NCBI RefSeq assembly: GCF_006345805.1
Contig: NC_042999.1
Coordinates: 33,294,001-33,358,000 of the forward strand
Direction of reading: 5' to 3'
Length of the DNA stretch: 64,000 nt
Origin: Octopus sinensis
Lineage: Eukaryota
The notes beneath the pieces were generated by a model, which saw nothing but the letters and a program-made list of their open reading frames with translations, did not search any database and was not told the origin of the DNA. Position numbers and translations under genes: made by a program. This document shows positions 41,140 through 53,352 of this stretch, one piece after another (position 1 is the stretch's first letter; the number at the start of each line of letters is the position of its first letter).

Positions 41140-41720
41140 ATGTTTCACTTTTGTTTTGTATTCGTACAAGTTAACTCCATGTCTCACCCAGAGACCTCAA
41201 GAGATAACAAGTTAGAAGTTCATGTTGGTGTTATGCCTAGGGTGTCATATATTTGGTTTTTCACGTATTATTGTTCTAGAGAATGTTTAAGAAAATATAT
41301 GAAAATTATGATTTCGCTTTAAAATTTGAGATTACATAGACCGTATTTTGCGTAGGATATGTGTCGGCCCATGAGCACTATCTTTTGAATTTCTGCCAAT
41401 TTGGGGATTTCCTGGTATCTGAGCGAGATAGGAATCCACCCGTTTTGCTAGAGCACATATTACAATAGGTATTGTTTTAGTCTTGAGGTTCCACATTTTG
41501 CCAATTTCTTTTTCAAGATCTTTATACTTGCTCAGGTTTTGGTAGGTCTTGACAGATGAATTTATGTACATTGGTACAGTCGTATCAATGAGGAGGCATG
41601 ATTTTCGTCTGAAGTCTGACATATTCGCATCTATCTTTCTGTCAGTTTGAATGGCAAAGTTCCAGAGAAATAAGACGGTGAAGTTCCAGAGGATCAAAAC
41701 CGAACGAGAGACAGACAAAA
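41140..41720 (-). mobile_element. Older 5'-truncated R4/Dong-type element, RLE region and 3' UTR
   Basis: ORF 41332-41733: LWNFAIQTDRKIDAN...CLLID..VP...KYKDLEKEI.KMWNLKT. Confidence 0.85.
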
Positions 41721-43188
41721 GATGTTTAATCATTTATCAGCTATCGATAAATTGGTAATATTTAGTTTCACATATTTAACGACAATTCTGAGTGCTTCTT
41801 ATTTGGCGGTGCCTGCAAAATACTTTTTCCTGAGGAGAATTAGAAACAAGAGCAAACACAAAAAAACATGAAGGATGTAGAACGGAGAGACAGAGAATTT
41901 TCGACTGGTCAACTGGGAACCACCAAGTGGAAAACTTATCGTTAAATTAGTCGTTAAATTAATCGTTAATGTTCGAAACTGAATATTACCAATTGGTCGC
42001 TGGCACAAATCGAGCAGCTTTTAAGGGACGTCGCTTCATCGGCTTCACTGCTCAACTTGTCAGTTTCTATTGGACATGAAAGGTAATAAGTGAAAGCTGA
42101 CTTCGGCGCCATTTGATGTTTGAACAGAAAAAAAACTATAGTTAAATATTTCGCTCAATATGGTGACCAATCTACAAGTTTGTTACTTTTAATAATAATG
42201 GTTTCAATTTTTGCTCAAGGTCAGTTGCTTTGAGGAGAGAATCATTTACCTCGAACCCTGACTTCACTGCTACTTATTTTATCGATCCTGAAATGATGAA
42301 ATATAGTGCTCAATCTCATGTTGCAATCAGATGAAGTAATACATCTACGTTATTTCTTCAAAGCCCGTATCTCTTAACCAACAATGATTTCATAATTTTG
42401 AAATTATTGGCAAAGACTAATGCGACTGTTACGCATGTTTGAAGATCAATTTGTTGGAACCGAAAGTAAAAATTTTGAACAACAATTATATAATATTTAT
42501 TCTACTAAATAATATATGTATATTAATGCGTCGGTGTGTTTATGTACAGACGTGTGTATGTGTGTAAATTTGCAGATATAAACATACGTACAAACACACA
42601 CATACAAATATATATGAATGGGTGTAATCTGTACAATATCTTTTATTTCAGATTTCTTTCAGGTTTTGGAGTAGGGACATGATAGGCTATCGCTTCGAAT
42701 TGTTTCACCAAACAAATCGAAGAAATATTATATATGTGTAATTCTGGTCTATCAGGAGTTGTATTTAGAGATCTAAAAATTGCATTATTTGTTAAGCATA
42801 TATAAAGGCAACGTTTGGCAGGTAAGCATGATGCAATTGACTGTCAAAATACTTGAAAATCTTCATATGTTGGTATTGAAACGGTATAACGTTCGATAGA
42901 TGCATTTCTATGTGAATCATATTTAAAGATTTGAAAACTGCATTATTTGCTAATCATATATTAAGGCAACGTCAACATCTGGCAGGTAAAGATGATGTAA
43001 TTGCATGTCATAATACTTACAATTCTTGAAGTGTTTATACTCACACAGTGTGTCGTGCTAGAAACGATATTTGCATCGTGGCAAAATATACACAGTGACC
43101 TCTTAGGAACATTTCCTTTTACTACATCTCACAAATATTCATTGTTCTATTGTTAACATTTCTATTGTTAACGTGATGCAGCACGGAC

Positions 43189-43238
43189 TTTGTCAGTGAA
43201 CAGGTCGCGGATTTTAGCGACGAAAATATTTTGACAAA
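43189..43238 (+). ncRNA. Hammerhead-fold motif with a G3-C8 compensatory core
   Basis: UUUGUCA-GUGAACA-G-GUCGC-ggauuuua-GCGAC-GAAA-AUAUU-U-UGACAAA; stem I 7 bp, stem II 5 bp, palindromic AAUAUU. Confidence 0.65.
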
Positions 43239-43429
43239 TTAAACTTAAATGTTGAAGTGAATCGAACGGCTTTTGTGTGTTTCTTAAATGGCTTATAAAC
43301 ACTTTCCACGCTGCAATTGTTAACATTTCATCTTTTTTCATTTAATTTTCTCATTCATCGGACTGCGCCACTGCCTAGGCTAGTCACTGTTTGGAACGGT
43401 TTAGTCAACAATATCAACACAGTTATGGA

Positions 43430-43720
43430 CTTTAAAGTCTGGTATTTATTTTATCAATGTCACATTATGAACCGCTAATTTGCAGTGACGTAAACAAACC
43501 AAAATCATTTCCAAGCGGTTGATGGACATAGACAAAGACACACAGACACACAAGGCGCATACATATATATATATACTCTATGGTATTTAAAATTCCCCTA
43601 ATTAAATCCACCCATAATCACATTTCTTCCCAGGATCTTGTAGAGATCACTTTCCCAAGTTACTGGTCCATTGTACTGAACCCGAAACCATGAAATTGCA
43701 AAAATTAACTGCTGTAAATA
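43430..43720 (-). mobile_element. Old family B SINE
   Basis: GAACCGCTAA...GACGTAAACA...TACTGAACCCGAAACCATG. Confidence 0.55.
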
Positions 43721-45569
43721 TATACTTTTACGCGTTTATTTGTTTTATGTCTCGGTAAAAAAAAATTATCAAAGAGAATGACGTATTCATTGAAGTTTGT
43801 GTTAATTAACAACTAACAATTGCCTGACATTTTAAAATACTTTCATGGTAACTTGCAACATTAAAATAATTAAACAATACGCAGAACGAAGTTGAACAGA
43901 TAGGTTCTCATTTATGCTAACGTCTAGACTGTCTGGCATAAGCTAGTGCATACACTATATTGTTAACCCTCGGAGAATTAGAACAGTTTCATTGATGATT
44001 AAAATGACTGCATGTGTCCCTTGCATGTATAGTGGTTTTGAAATATTTTCTTTCGAATAATTACGAAGAAACTCTTCTTTATTATTCATCATGTCCTTTC
44101 CTCAATTCAACTCATAAATATCTATTGAAGTTTTCTCTATAAATTTGTCTTTCAATTTCTAGCAAATTATTTTATATAGTATCTATCGGATCAAACATAG
44201 ACATTTTCAACTGTGTTATATATATTTATATATAACGATAAGTTACGACTTTTATAAAGCGGGTTGATTTATATGGTGATTATTCTCCCGAGTAGACGTC
44301 CGTTTGTCACCTAATTTATAAGGTTGTGTTGGATCATCTGGTTTATAATGATTTTGATTGGAAAAGATAATAAATATAGATGCATAATGAGTAGAAATCT
44401 ATAGTGATAAACTTGTCACTTATAACTTAATTATAAGTATTATCACTATACATAAATCTTAACTCAGGCTGAGTAAACGCCATGATGAGTTCTACAGCAA
44501 GGCGTGGAAACGTACAAGTTGAAATCTACATGTACGTTGAAGATAAACATGCTCGCTCTTTTTCACTGCTATAATAACAGTTTCATAGTTACAGAAATAA
44601 AACTCATTAATAGATTGAAGAAAAAGAAGAAAGGGAAATTATTTACTAAATTATTTTATTTATTTTCATTTATTATTTAAAGGACATTTAAAAGTCCAAA
44701 GAAAACTGTTGTCAGACATAAAATTTATCTTACGAATTCTTCCATACTAAGCTACTAGAATTTTACACAATTCAAAACACTCTTGTTGGAATTAGATATA
44801 GACATGGCATAAAAATAGCCAATATCTCAGGGTGAGTGTCGTACAGTCGAGAAACAACCAACGATCACTGATTAATCTCCCCAAAATCAGGGGTTTCATA
44901 ACTACTCATACCTGAATTCTAAGAACCGTATTTCGTGAATCATTTCTCTTTGAGGAAAGTTTAGAATTCAAATATGGACAGTAATTTTAACAAATGAGAA
45001 ACTAACAATTATACCTATTCGGGAAACTTGCCTATTAGGTCATATTACCGTGGATAAAGGTTTATTATTATAACTTGCGTTGCTACATAAGTTCTCAACC
45101 GAAAAATTGCTAAAAATTTCCGAAAGAAAAAAAATACAAATAATACAAACATGTTTCAATACATAGTGGGAATTAATATTTTTAGCAAATCAAATATACA
45201 AATTTACAAGTACATGCAAATGTTAATCTTATGAAAATAACCGCGCATCACAGTTTTACAATAACGCAGCCTTCTGGTAAAGTTTATCAAATTGTCCAAT
45301 CTAATTTCTCTGAAAAAAAAAACTATAAATCATATTTATAAAAACATTCCAGGAATATAAAAGTCAATGAAGAATATATTCAAACAAACTAAGAAAGTAT
45401 TTTGGGAAAAGGTACAATTCTATTACTTCTAGTTTTGTTTTCGCTGGTAGGTGAATTTAAATTTGACTTGTGTATCTTTTCCTCAAACTTAAGTTCGCTG
45501 TTTTGTGAATTGTTGTTTCAAGTTATTTTGAAATGTGTTTCTCAAAGTTTTATTCTCATGACACGAAGA

Positions 45570-47830
45570 CTGGTAGAAATAACGCTTTGTAAACTGACAA
45601 TTTCCTTTTTACCATTCATATCCAAAGTCATAGTTTTATCTTTGAGAAAACTTTAAAAATGTCCAGTGTATTTATAATTCAGTGAATGATGACTGGCATC
45701 ATTACGTACAAATACATGAGTCTAAGAATTAATATCGGAAGGGACGAAACTTTTAATATTTTGTAATTTACTTGTAAAGGAAGGAACACCAGGATTCGCA
45801 AAAGTACCAAGTGGTGTTTTAATGTAATGATTCACTTTTGCTCTTTTGCACTGCATACAATATTGAACCCAACAAAAAACATACGTTTTCGTACCACGCC
45901 AAACAAATTAATTTTAAAGAAGTTCCAATACCAGAATGAAATAATTTATGTGAAGTAGAAAACATGTTTTCTGTTTTTCAATCACAAATCGTCTAGAAAA
46001 TCCTGTAGAAATATCACACCAAATATGTGATTTACAAGAATGAATAGGCAATAATTTAAATTTCAAAAAAGTAGAACTGGAATCTTAATATAAAGAAAAA
46101 TTTTTATCACTAGCTTGATCTTTAGACATTTCTTTTAAATTGATAGTGCTTAATGAACGTAATGCATCAACATTCATTCGAGGAAGTGCATCAGCTGCAG
46201 CATTTTCAACACTCTTGATATACCATATATCCACAGTATAATATGAAATATGATCAAGGTGTCCAATTTCTCTGGGAGAATACTTTTCAGAAGAAATTTT
46301 TAGTGGATGTGTTTGTGGTCAGTAAATAATGTAAATGATCTACCTTCAAGAAGATGTCTGAAGTATATAATTGGCAAGTACATTGCCAACAATTCTCTGG
46401 CGAAAACGCTGTATTTCGTTTCTGATGCCTAGAATTTGTTTGAAAAGAACGATAATAGTTGCTAAGAACCACAATGAAACTTCTGTAAAGCTCCACCGAT
46501 TCCAATATTGGAAGCATCAACTACCAAAGATAATTTTTCTTCGGGAACCGGATGGCTTAAGAGTGTTGCTTCAAACAGTTTTTCTTTCATGCTTCGAAAA
46601 GGCTGTAATTCTTCATCTTTTAAAGTTACAGCTTCATTTTTATTTTTCCTTTTCTTTAATAATTTAGTTAAAAGAAATAGACATTGTGTGCAATGTGGAA
46701 TGTAGCGTCTGTGCAAATTAATGATTCCTAAATAATCTCGAAGTCTCGTAAAGAATTTGGTACTCGGAATTTGTTAACAGCTTCAAATTTGTCTGGCAAT
46801 GGGTGAATTCCATCTTTATCAATGAGATGATCTAAAAATGATATAGTGCGTTCACCGATGGATTTATCTCTATACCATATTTAGTCAGTCTTTCGAAAAT
46901 TTGTTTTAAGTGATTTTCATGAACTTCTTCTGAGGGACTAGCAATGAGAATATCTTCTATATAAGCAAATACAAAAGGTAAATTTCTTTTTATTCGTCCA
47001 TGAATCTCTGGGAAGTATTTGCTGTGGTCCTCAATCGGAAAGGCATGCGAAGGAATTCATACAACCCAAATGGAATTGTAATTGTTGCTATTGGCATATT
47101 ACTCTCTTCAACAGAAATTTGATTGTATGCTCTAAAAAAATATATCTTCAAAAAGATATTACAAACACTCAACGAAGCTGCAAATTCATGTATATAGGGA
47201 ATTGGAAGTTTGTCCTCTTGTGTTTTTGCATTAAGCTGTTTAAAACCTCCGCATGGACAACAGTCTGTGAGATTTCTTTTTTTAACAAAACTAAAGATGT
47301 AGGCCAGTATGGGCTAGGACGAATTATTCAGAGGTCTAACATATGACGAAATTTGGGCTTAGCAGTCTTTGAGGTTTGAAAAACTTGTTTGTCAATGGGT
47401 TACAATGTGTTGAGTGAATAAATGGACTTATTGGATGTTTGGAGCTAATGGTTTTGTAATTTCAGGGTAATTCTTTAAAATCATGTGGTAACGATTTTCC
47501 GACGACGCCATAAAATAAAACGGACTAATTATCGCGTTCCTGAATCTCATCACTTCAACGTTCAATGAAGTAACTGTGTCTATTAATTTTTGTTTCTTTA
47601 CATCTACCAGTACATTGTAATGTGAAATGAAATTTGCCCCCCATATAGGATAAGGCAAATCTGCTTCAATGAATATCCACTTATAATCTCTTCTTAAATG
47701 TAAATTTAGAGTTAAACTAATTTCTCCAAATGTTTGGATATCAGAATGATTAACTGGTTTTAGAGTCAAATAAGCAGGCTTATGTATATCTTTTAAAAGT
47801 TTAGCAGGCCTAATGGATCAAGCTAATCCT
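45570..47830 (-). mobile_element. Decayed Ty3/Gypsy pol (protease, RT, RNase H, integrase pieces)
   Basis: ADLPYPIWGANF (protease); PFGLYEFLRMPF and YIEDIL (RT); LVVDASNIGIGGAL and ENAAADALPR (RNase H); CMQCKRAKV; KTMTLDMNGKKEIVS. Confidence 0.85.
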
Positions 47831-47844
47831 GTATCAATTTATGC

Positions 47845-47894
<50 letters not shown>

Positions 47895-47903
47895 TATATA
47901 TAT

Positions 47904-48381
47904 CTTATATACGAATAATATATGGCCTGTGCTAGAAACACCAGCGATAATAATTAATTTTATTTTATCGCATTTTGAATTTGTTTACATATTTCTCGAT
48001 ATATTTTGAGCGTTAGACTATATACCAGAAATCCCTAGTTTGTCGGGTTCGTTCTGCGTCTGCGCAGTGATCTGATTAGTTAGAAAGAGCAAATTAGTAG
48101 ACGCACATGTGTCTATCGAGTTGCGTTTCAGGATAACAGGAATCTTACTGAAGAGCCTACCTGAGTAAATAAATATTATATTTATCGCTGAAAAAGGCGA
48201 AACTGCAGTCTAAGATGAACCGAGTTAGTAAAAGTTTTTATTTTTATTTCACTAAATTTATCAGGCTTCTGTGTTTCTAGTACATACTTCGCCTTTAATG
48301 TACTTATATATGAATAATATATGGCCTGTGCTAGAAACACCAGCGATAATAATTAATTTTATTTTATCGCATTTTGAATTT

Positions 48382-48386
<5 letters not shown>
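47904..48386 (+). mobile_element. ~1.2-mer of a 399 bp hammerhead-containing unit inside (TA)n; pLTR or retrozyme-like
   Basis: 84 bp direct repeat at 47904-47987 and 48303-48386 with one mismatch. Confidence 0.75.
48142..48216 (+). ncRNA. Type I hammerhead ribozyme, canonical core
   Basis: AUCUUA-CUGAAGA-GCCU...AGGC-GAAA-C-UGCA-GUC-UAAGAU. Confidence 0.92.
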
Positions 48387-48455
<69 letters not shown>

Positions 48456-48463
48456 CATATCTA

Positions 48464-48526
<63 letters not shown>

Positions 48527-48738
48527 ATATATATATATATATATACACAAACATGGATGTGTGTATGTTCCACTTGTTTACAATTAACACGGAAAAAAAC
48601 AAACAGTTACCAGGACAGCAAAAATCACACAAACAATTTGTAAAGATAGAAAATCCGGGTTGATGTGAAATATTTGTATAATATAAATAAGTAAAGAAAT
48701 AAATGAAGTTCAATGCAAGTTTTGTTCAGATTCGTTTA

Positions 48739-48825
48739 TTTCCTACACATGTTTCGAAAACAACATTGGTATTATTCCAAAAGAATAAAATTGTGTAAAA
48801 CAATGTAATCTTCTCATCAGGGAAA
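48739..48825 (-). ncRNA. Type I hammerhead ribozyme, canonical core
   Basis: UUUCC-CUGAUGA-GAAGA...UUUUC-GAAA-C-AUGU-GUA-GGAAA. Confidence 0.85.
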
Positions 48826-50344
48826 GAAAGAAAGAAACCAAACTCATTAATAAGACATTTTAACAGAATGTAATGGATGTGTATAATGATGAACGGAACG
48901 TTATTAAATTTTTTTTTTGAAGATATAAGGCCAAAGGCAGCCTACAGAAAGAGGAGGACGAAGGGAAAGAAATAAGCAGAAAGCTAATAAATGAAAATAT
49001 AGAGCGATATGTGAATAAAAAATAGAAGCTTTAAAGGCTTGGAAAAAATGATGTCTTGTGGAAGTGAAATGTAAGAAGAAAATCAAAGTTCAAATTAAAC
49101 ATAATGGTAGATTTCACCTATATGAACGAAAGGTATGTTTCTACGAATGTTTATATTGATAAGCACGCTCTATAACCGTGTCTATTTTCTTAGAAAATAG
49201 TTCACTATTACAGTGTTGGCAGAATTCTTTGCTTTTATTATATGGGAATGAAATGGAGAGAATCAACCAATCTAAATTAAATTGTTTATTATGGGCTTTT
49301 AGATACCAAATTAATTTAGTAAGCCCTGTGCTGTTGCGTTTATTACTATCCCTACATGTAGAGTAATGATTAGCAATTCTTTTAGATAGAAGTAGTACCT
49401 ATATAATAGCTTCCCGAAACTGGAAAGGAAGATCAAATTTAATTTGCCTCCCATAAGAAATAATCAACCAAATTATTTTGCTAGTAGTTGTCTTATTTTT
49501 AGTGTAAGTATCTTTAAAATACATCCATTAAACTTTAGACTGGGAAAAAGGGGGTTAAATAAAGATCATTCCCCCTTACGTTGTAAAAATAAAACCTTCC
49601 ACTGTTTGGTGTTAGCGTATGAATTAAAATTGAAATCGTTCATATCATTACGACTAGATTTCATGTCTCCATTACTAAAGGTAGAATAAGATTGAATGGA
49701 ATTAATGTAGGTAACTTTTTCTGCATAGCTTGCTCTAAGTAAGGCAAAGTTATAAAATTCAGCCTTGTCGTTGAAAATGTCAACGTTAGAAATGTAAATG
49801 AAATATTCTTAACTAAGTTACTGATTACTGAATTGGCTAATATACTTAAGATTGGTTGATGGTTTCTGTTATGGGAAATACGAATTATTGTGTAAGTTAA
49901 GTGTAATATCTAAAAAGTTTGCTTTCGTTACATCATGATCAAAAACGATGTCTAAGCCCATTCTACGGAAAAACTTCACTAAACTATTCTTAACCTTTTG
50001 TACTTTTTGGTTAGGAAATATTTTGATACTAGAGTAAACAATCATCGCGATATAGATCTCCATTGTTGCTTGGGAACTGGTCTGCCATTTCATAACGTAT
50101 ATACATACCGATCAAATCAGCTACTTGAACCTTATCTTAATTAACATATCGCTCTATATTTCTCATTTACTAGTTTTGTGCTTACGTCTTTCCTTTTCCC
50201 CCCTCCTATTTCTATAGGCTACTTTTGACGTTATATCTTCTAAAGTTTTTTTTTTTCAAAACATAATAGCGTTCCGTTAATCATTATACACATCCATCAC
50301 ATTCTGTTAAAATGTCTTATTGGTGAGTTTGGTTTCTTTCTTTC

Positions 50345-50431
50345 TTTCCCTGATGAGCAGATTACATTGTTTTACGCAATTTTATTCCTTTGGAATAATA
50401 CCAATGTTTTCCTCGAGACATATGTTGGAAA
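50345..50431 (+). ncRNA. Mutated paralog of the 48739 hammerhead (A14G, weakened stem II)
   Basis: UUUCC-CUGAUGA...C-GAGA-C-AUAU-GUU-GGAAA. Confidence 0.65.
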
Positions 50432-50486
50432 TAAAAGAATTTGAATAACGTCTGCGTTTAACTCCATATATTTATTTATACGCACG

Positions 50487-50527
<41 letters not shown>

Positions 50528-50533
50528 TCATAT

Positions 50534-50568
<35 letters not shown>

Positions 50569-50585
50569 TATAGATATATATATAT

Positions 50586-50669
<84 letters not shown>

Positions 50670-51864
50670 GTAGATAGAAAGATAGATAGAAAGACAGACA
50701 GTCAGGCAAGCTGGCAGGCAGATAGGCCGGCAAGCATGCAGCTAGATAGACAGACAGATAGACATATATATATAGAAATACTTATTCCTATACGGTTCTA
50801 AGATAATATGACATTCATTAGACAGATCGGGAGTAGGAAATATAAGACGCAAAATAATTTGAATTCTGTATGATTGAATGATGTCCCAATTTTTATATTA
50901 TTTGTAAACTCAGATGCTGAGAATGCGTGTTTGCACGCGCGTGAGGGAAAGGAAGCGTAAGGCGGAGAGGTATCCCAAACGTAAATGAATTAAAATAGTG
51001 TCAGTAATCAATATTTTAAGGATTCGAATTATCACCATTCCGCGTGTATTTCGAATTTTTTCAACCTTCGGCAAAAGGTTGTATTTCTCAATTTTTTTCA
51101 GACAACTATGCCATTCTATTGATGCGTGAGAAGCGGATGGTCTTGGTGTTTATCCTCTCGTTCTAACAAAAGTTTGATTGCACATTAGGTACCCGTTTTA
51201 CATTTGAATTTGTGATTGGGGCATATCTCATTTGATTCCATTAAAATATTTCCCGTTTCTCCATATAGATTAAGATGCTCATCTCACATATTCCAAAGTA
51301 GAATCAGGAAAGATTCGTTGGTAATATAAGTAAAAATATTTTGATTATTACGAAATTATAAATCGATTTTAATATCTATTATGTATTTGATTTGAAAAAA
51401 AATGTCTTTGTTCGTGTATGTTGATCTCATTCCAAATGAACGTAGCGCCTCAAGCATATCTTCCTATTCCATACCAGATTATTTTCAATTTCCTTTTAAA
51501 ATATAATTGCATTTGTATTAATGTATTATGGTTGTTCATTACAGAAGAATTCTATTTTTGCTGAGACTGTAATTTCCTCTCGAACCCAAAAAATTTTGCT
51601 TTTCATTTAAATAAATTAAATGCCATTTAATTCATCATCCCCTGCAACTGAGATTCCGATCTGCAATTTTGTAGCAGCTGCACTATGTTAAACAAAACTT
51701 CCGATAAGAGTGTTTTCTTGCTACTTGATTGCTTTTGCATAAGTATATGTTTGAATTATCTGCAACTCCCATTTTTTTCTAACGTTTCAGCACAAATGAA
51801 TTCAATTCTCAGGATGGCTGATCTGAAAATTACTGGCCCATTAAATATGTTTAAAGAAAGTAGG

Positions 51865-52275
51865 TGTGGTTGTATAGTAATAAATTTGCTTCGCAGGCAC
51901 ATGGTACCAAGTTCAGTCCCGCTGCTTGGGACCTTACTTAGGCAAGTATATTCATCTAAAGTTTGAGGGCAACCAATGGCTTGTGAGTAGATTTGGTTGA
52001 CGGAGACTAAAAGAAACCCTGTGTTTATATATATATATATATCTGTGTGTGTGTGCGTGTTTGTGTGTGTTTGGTATGTGTTTGGACCCCACCACCGCTT
52101 CAGAACCGACGTTGGTGTGTTCGCATTACCATAATTTAGTGGTTCGGCAAGAGAGTCTATCCAGTAAGTACCATGCTCTAAAAGTATGTAAATGAGTCGA
52201 TTCTTTCGATTAAATATATCCGATGTTGTCTTCCAGCATCGCTGCAGTCCAATGAGTGAAAATGTAAAAGAAGTC
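51865..52275 (+). mobile_element. Full-length old family B SINE
   Basis: AGTTCAGTCCCGCTGC head, internal (TA)(TG), GGTTCGGCAAGAGAG and CCAGCATCGCTGCAGTCCAATG tail. Confidence 0.8.
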
Positions 52276-53142
52276 AAAGAAGTTAAAGCAATTATACATT
52301 CTACAGAAATTCTCCACAGGCATCATTTACATATTCGTTGGAAGCCTTTAAAAATTGCCAAGTGAAATATGCAAGGCAGCACTGTAGTCATTTTTCTTTT
52401 GCGTGTGTGCTTTGCCGGCTTTGTAGACAATGTATATTATTCATGTTCCCAAAACAACCTCTGTCACGCATATATTTGCACAAAACAGTAGCACTTAGCT
52501 ACGAATTACAAGTACTCAGTAGAACATTATCAACATTATCGTCCAAAAATATTATACCTTTAAAAATATATACCTTTAAACCAGTTAAGCAATATTTTTT
52601 TCTGATTTTTTTAAATCAATTAATACTGCACGTAACGTGCTATGTTTATACCACATACGAAGTGTTCTATCTATTAATTTGAACTGCTATTTTTCTATCT
52701 CACAAAAACTACCGTGGATATGTCTACGATTTCACCTTATTTTCATAACACACGAACTGTTGTTATGTTACATTGAATCCTAAAGCGGCCAACTAATAGA
52801 ATCGTCACTTCACAAATGACTTGCATCATTTCTATCGGTTCTTTCCGATGTCAGTCATGAGGCTGCCTAAGTAGATCTTATATTTAATCATTTCAGGATC
52901 GATAAAACTACGAATATATGTACCCGCAAGAGTACTGGGGTCAAAGAAATCGTCTACCCACTTTTCTTCTAAAATTGTTGGAGATGTGCCAAAACTAAGA
53001 AAGAAATATTAGTTGAAATCTTTATATTCTTTTCTATAATAATTTTCGCCAGGCACTACTCGATAGGAGAAGACTATACAAGTAGACAACTGAATACATG
53101 CAAGAAAATTACTCTGTTGGTTTCCTTTTCTTCCTAGCATAT

Positions 53143-53352
53143 TATTTTCCAATTTTGGCACAAAGCCAGGGATTTCGGGGCTAAGTCGATCAAATTGCCC
53201 CCAGTGCTCAACTGGTACTTATTTTATTATTAACTCCGAAAGGATGAAAGGCAAAGCCGACCACGATGGAATTTGAATTCAAAGCAGGAAGACGGGTGAA
53301 ATGCCACGAAGCATTTTTCTCCGTGTGCTAACTATTATGCCAGCTCCCCGCC
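53143..53352 (-). mobile_element. Family A SINE
   Basis: CCCCAGTGCTCAACTGGTACTT...CGAAAGGATGAAAGGCAAAG...GCCAGCTC. Confidence 0.8.

Larger units (their letters stand above)
48725..50448 (-). mobile_element. Decayed, 5'-truncated Penelope element with inverted pLTRs (48725-48905 and 50266-50448)
   Basis: ORF 49869-50093 KFFRRMGLDI...NFLDITLNL; arms are reverse complements. Confidence 0.8.
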
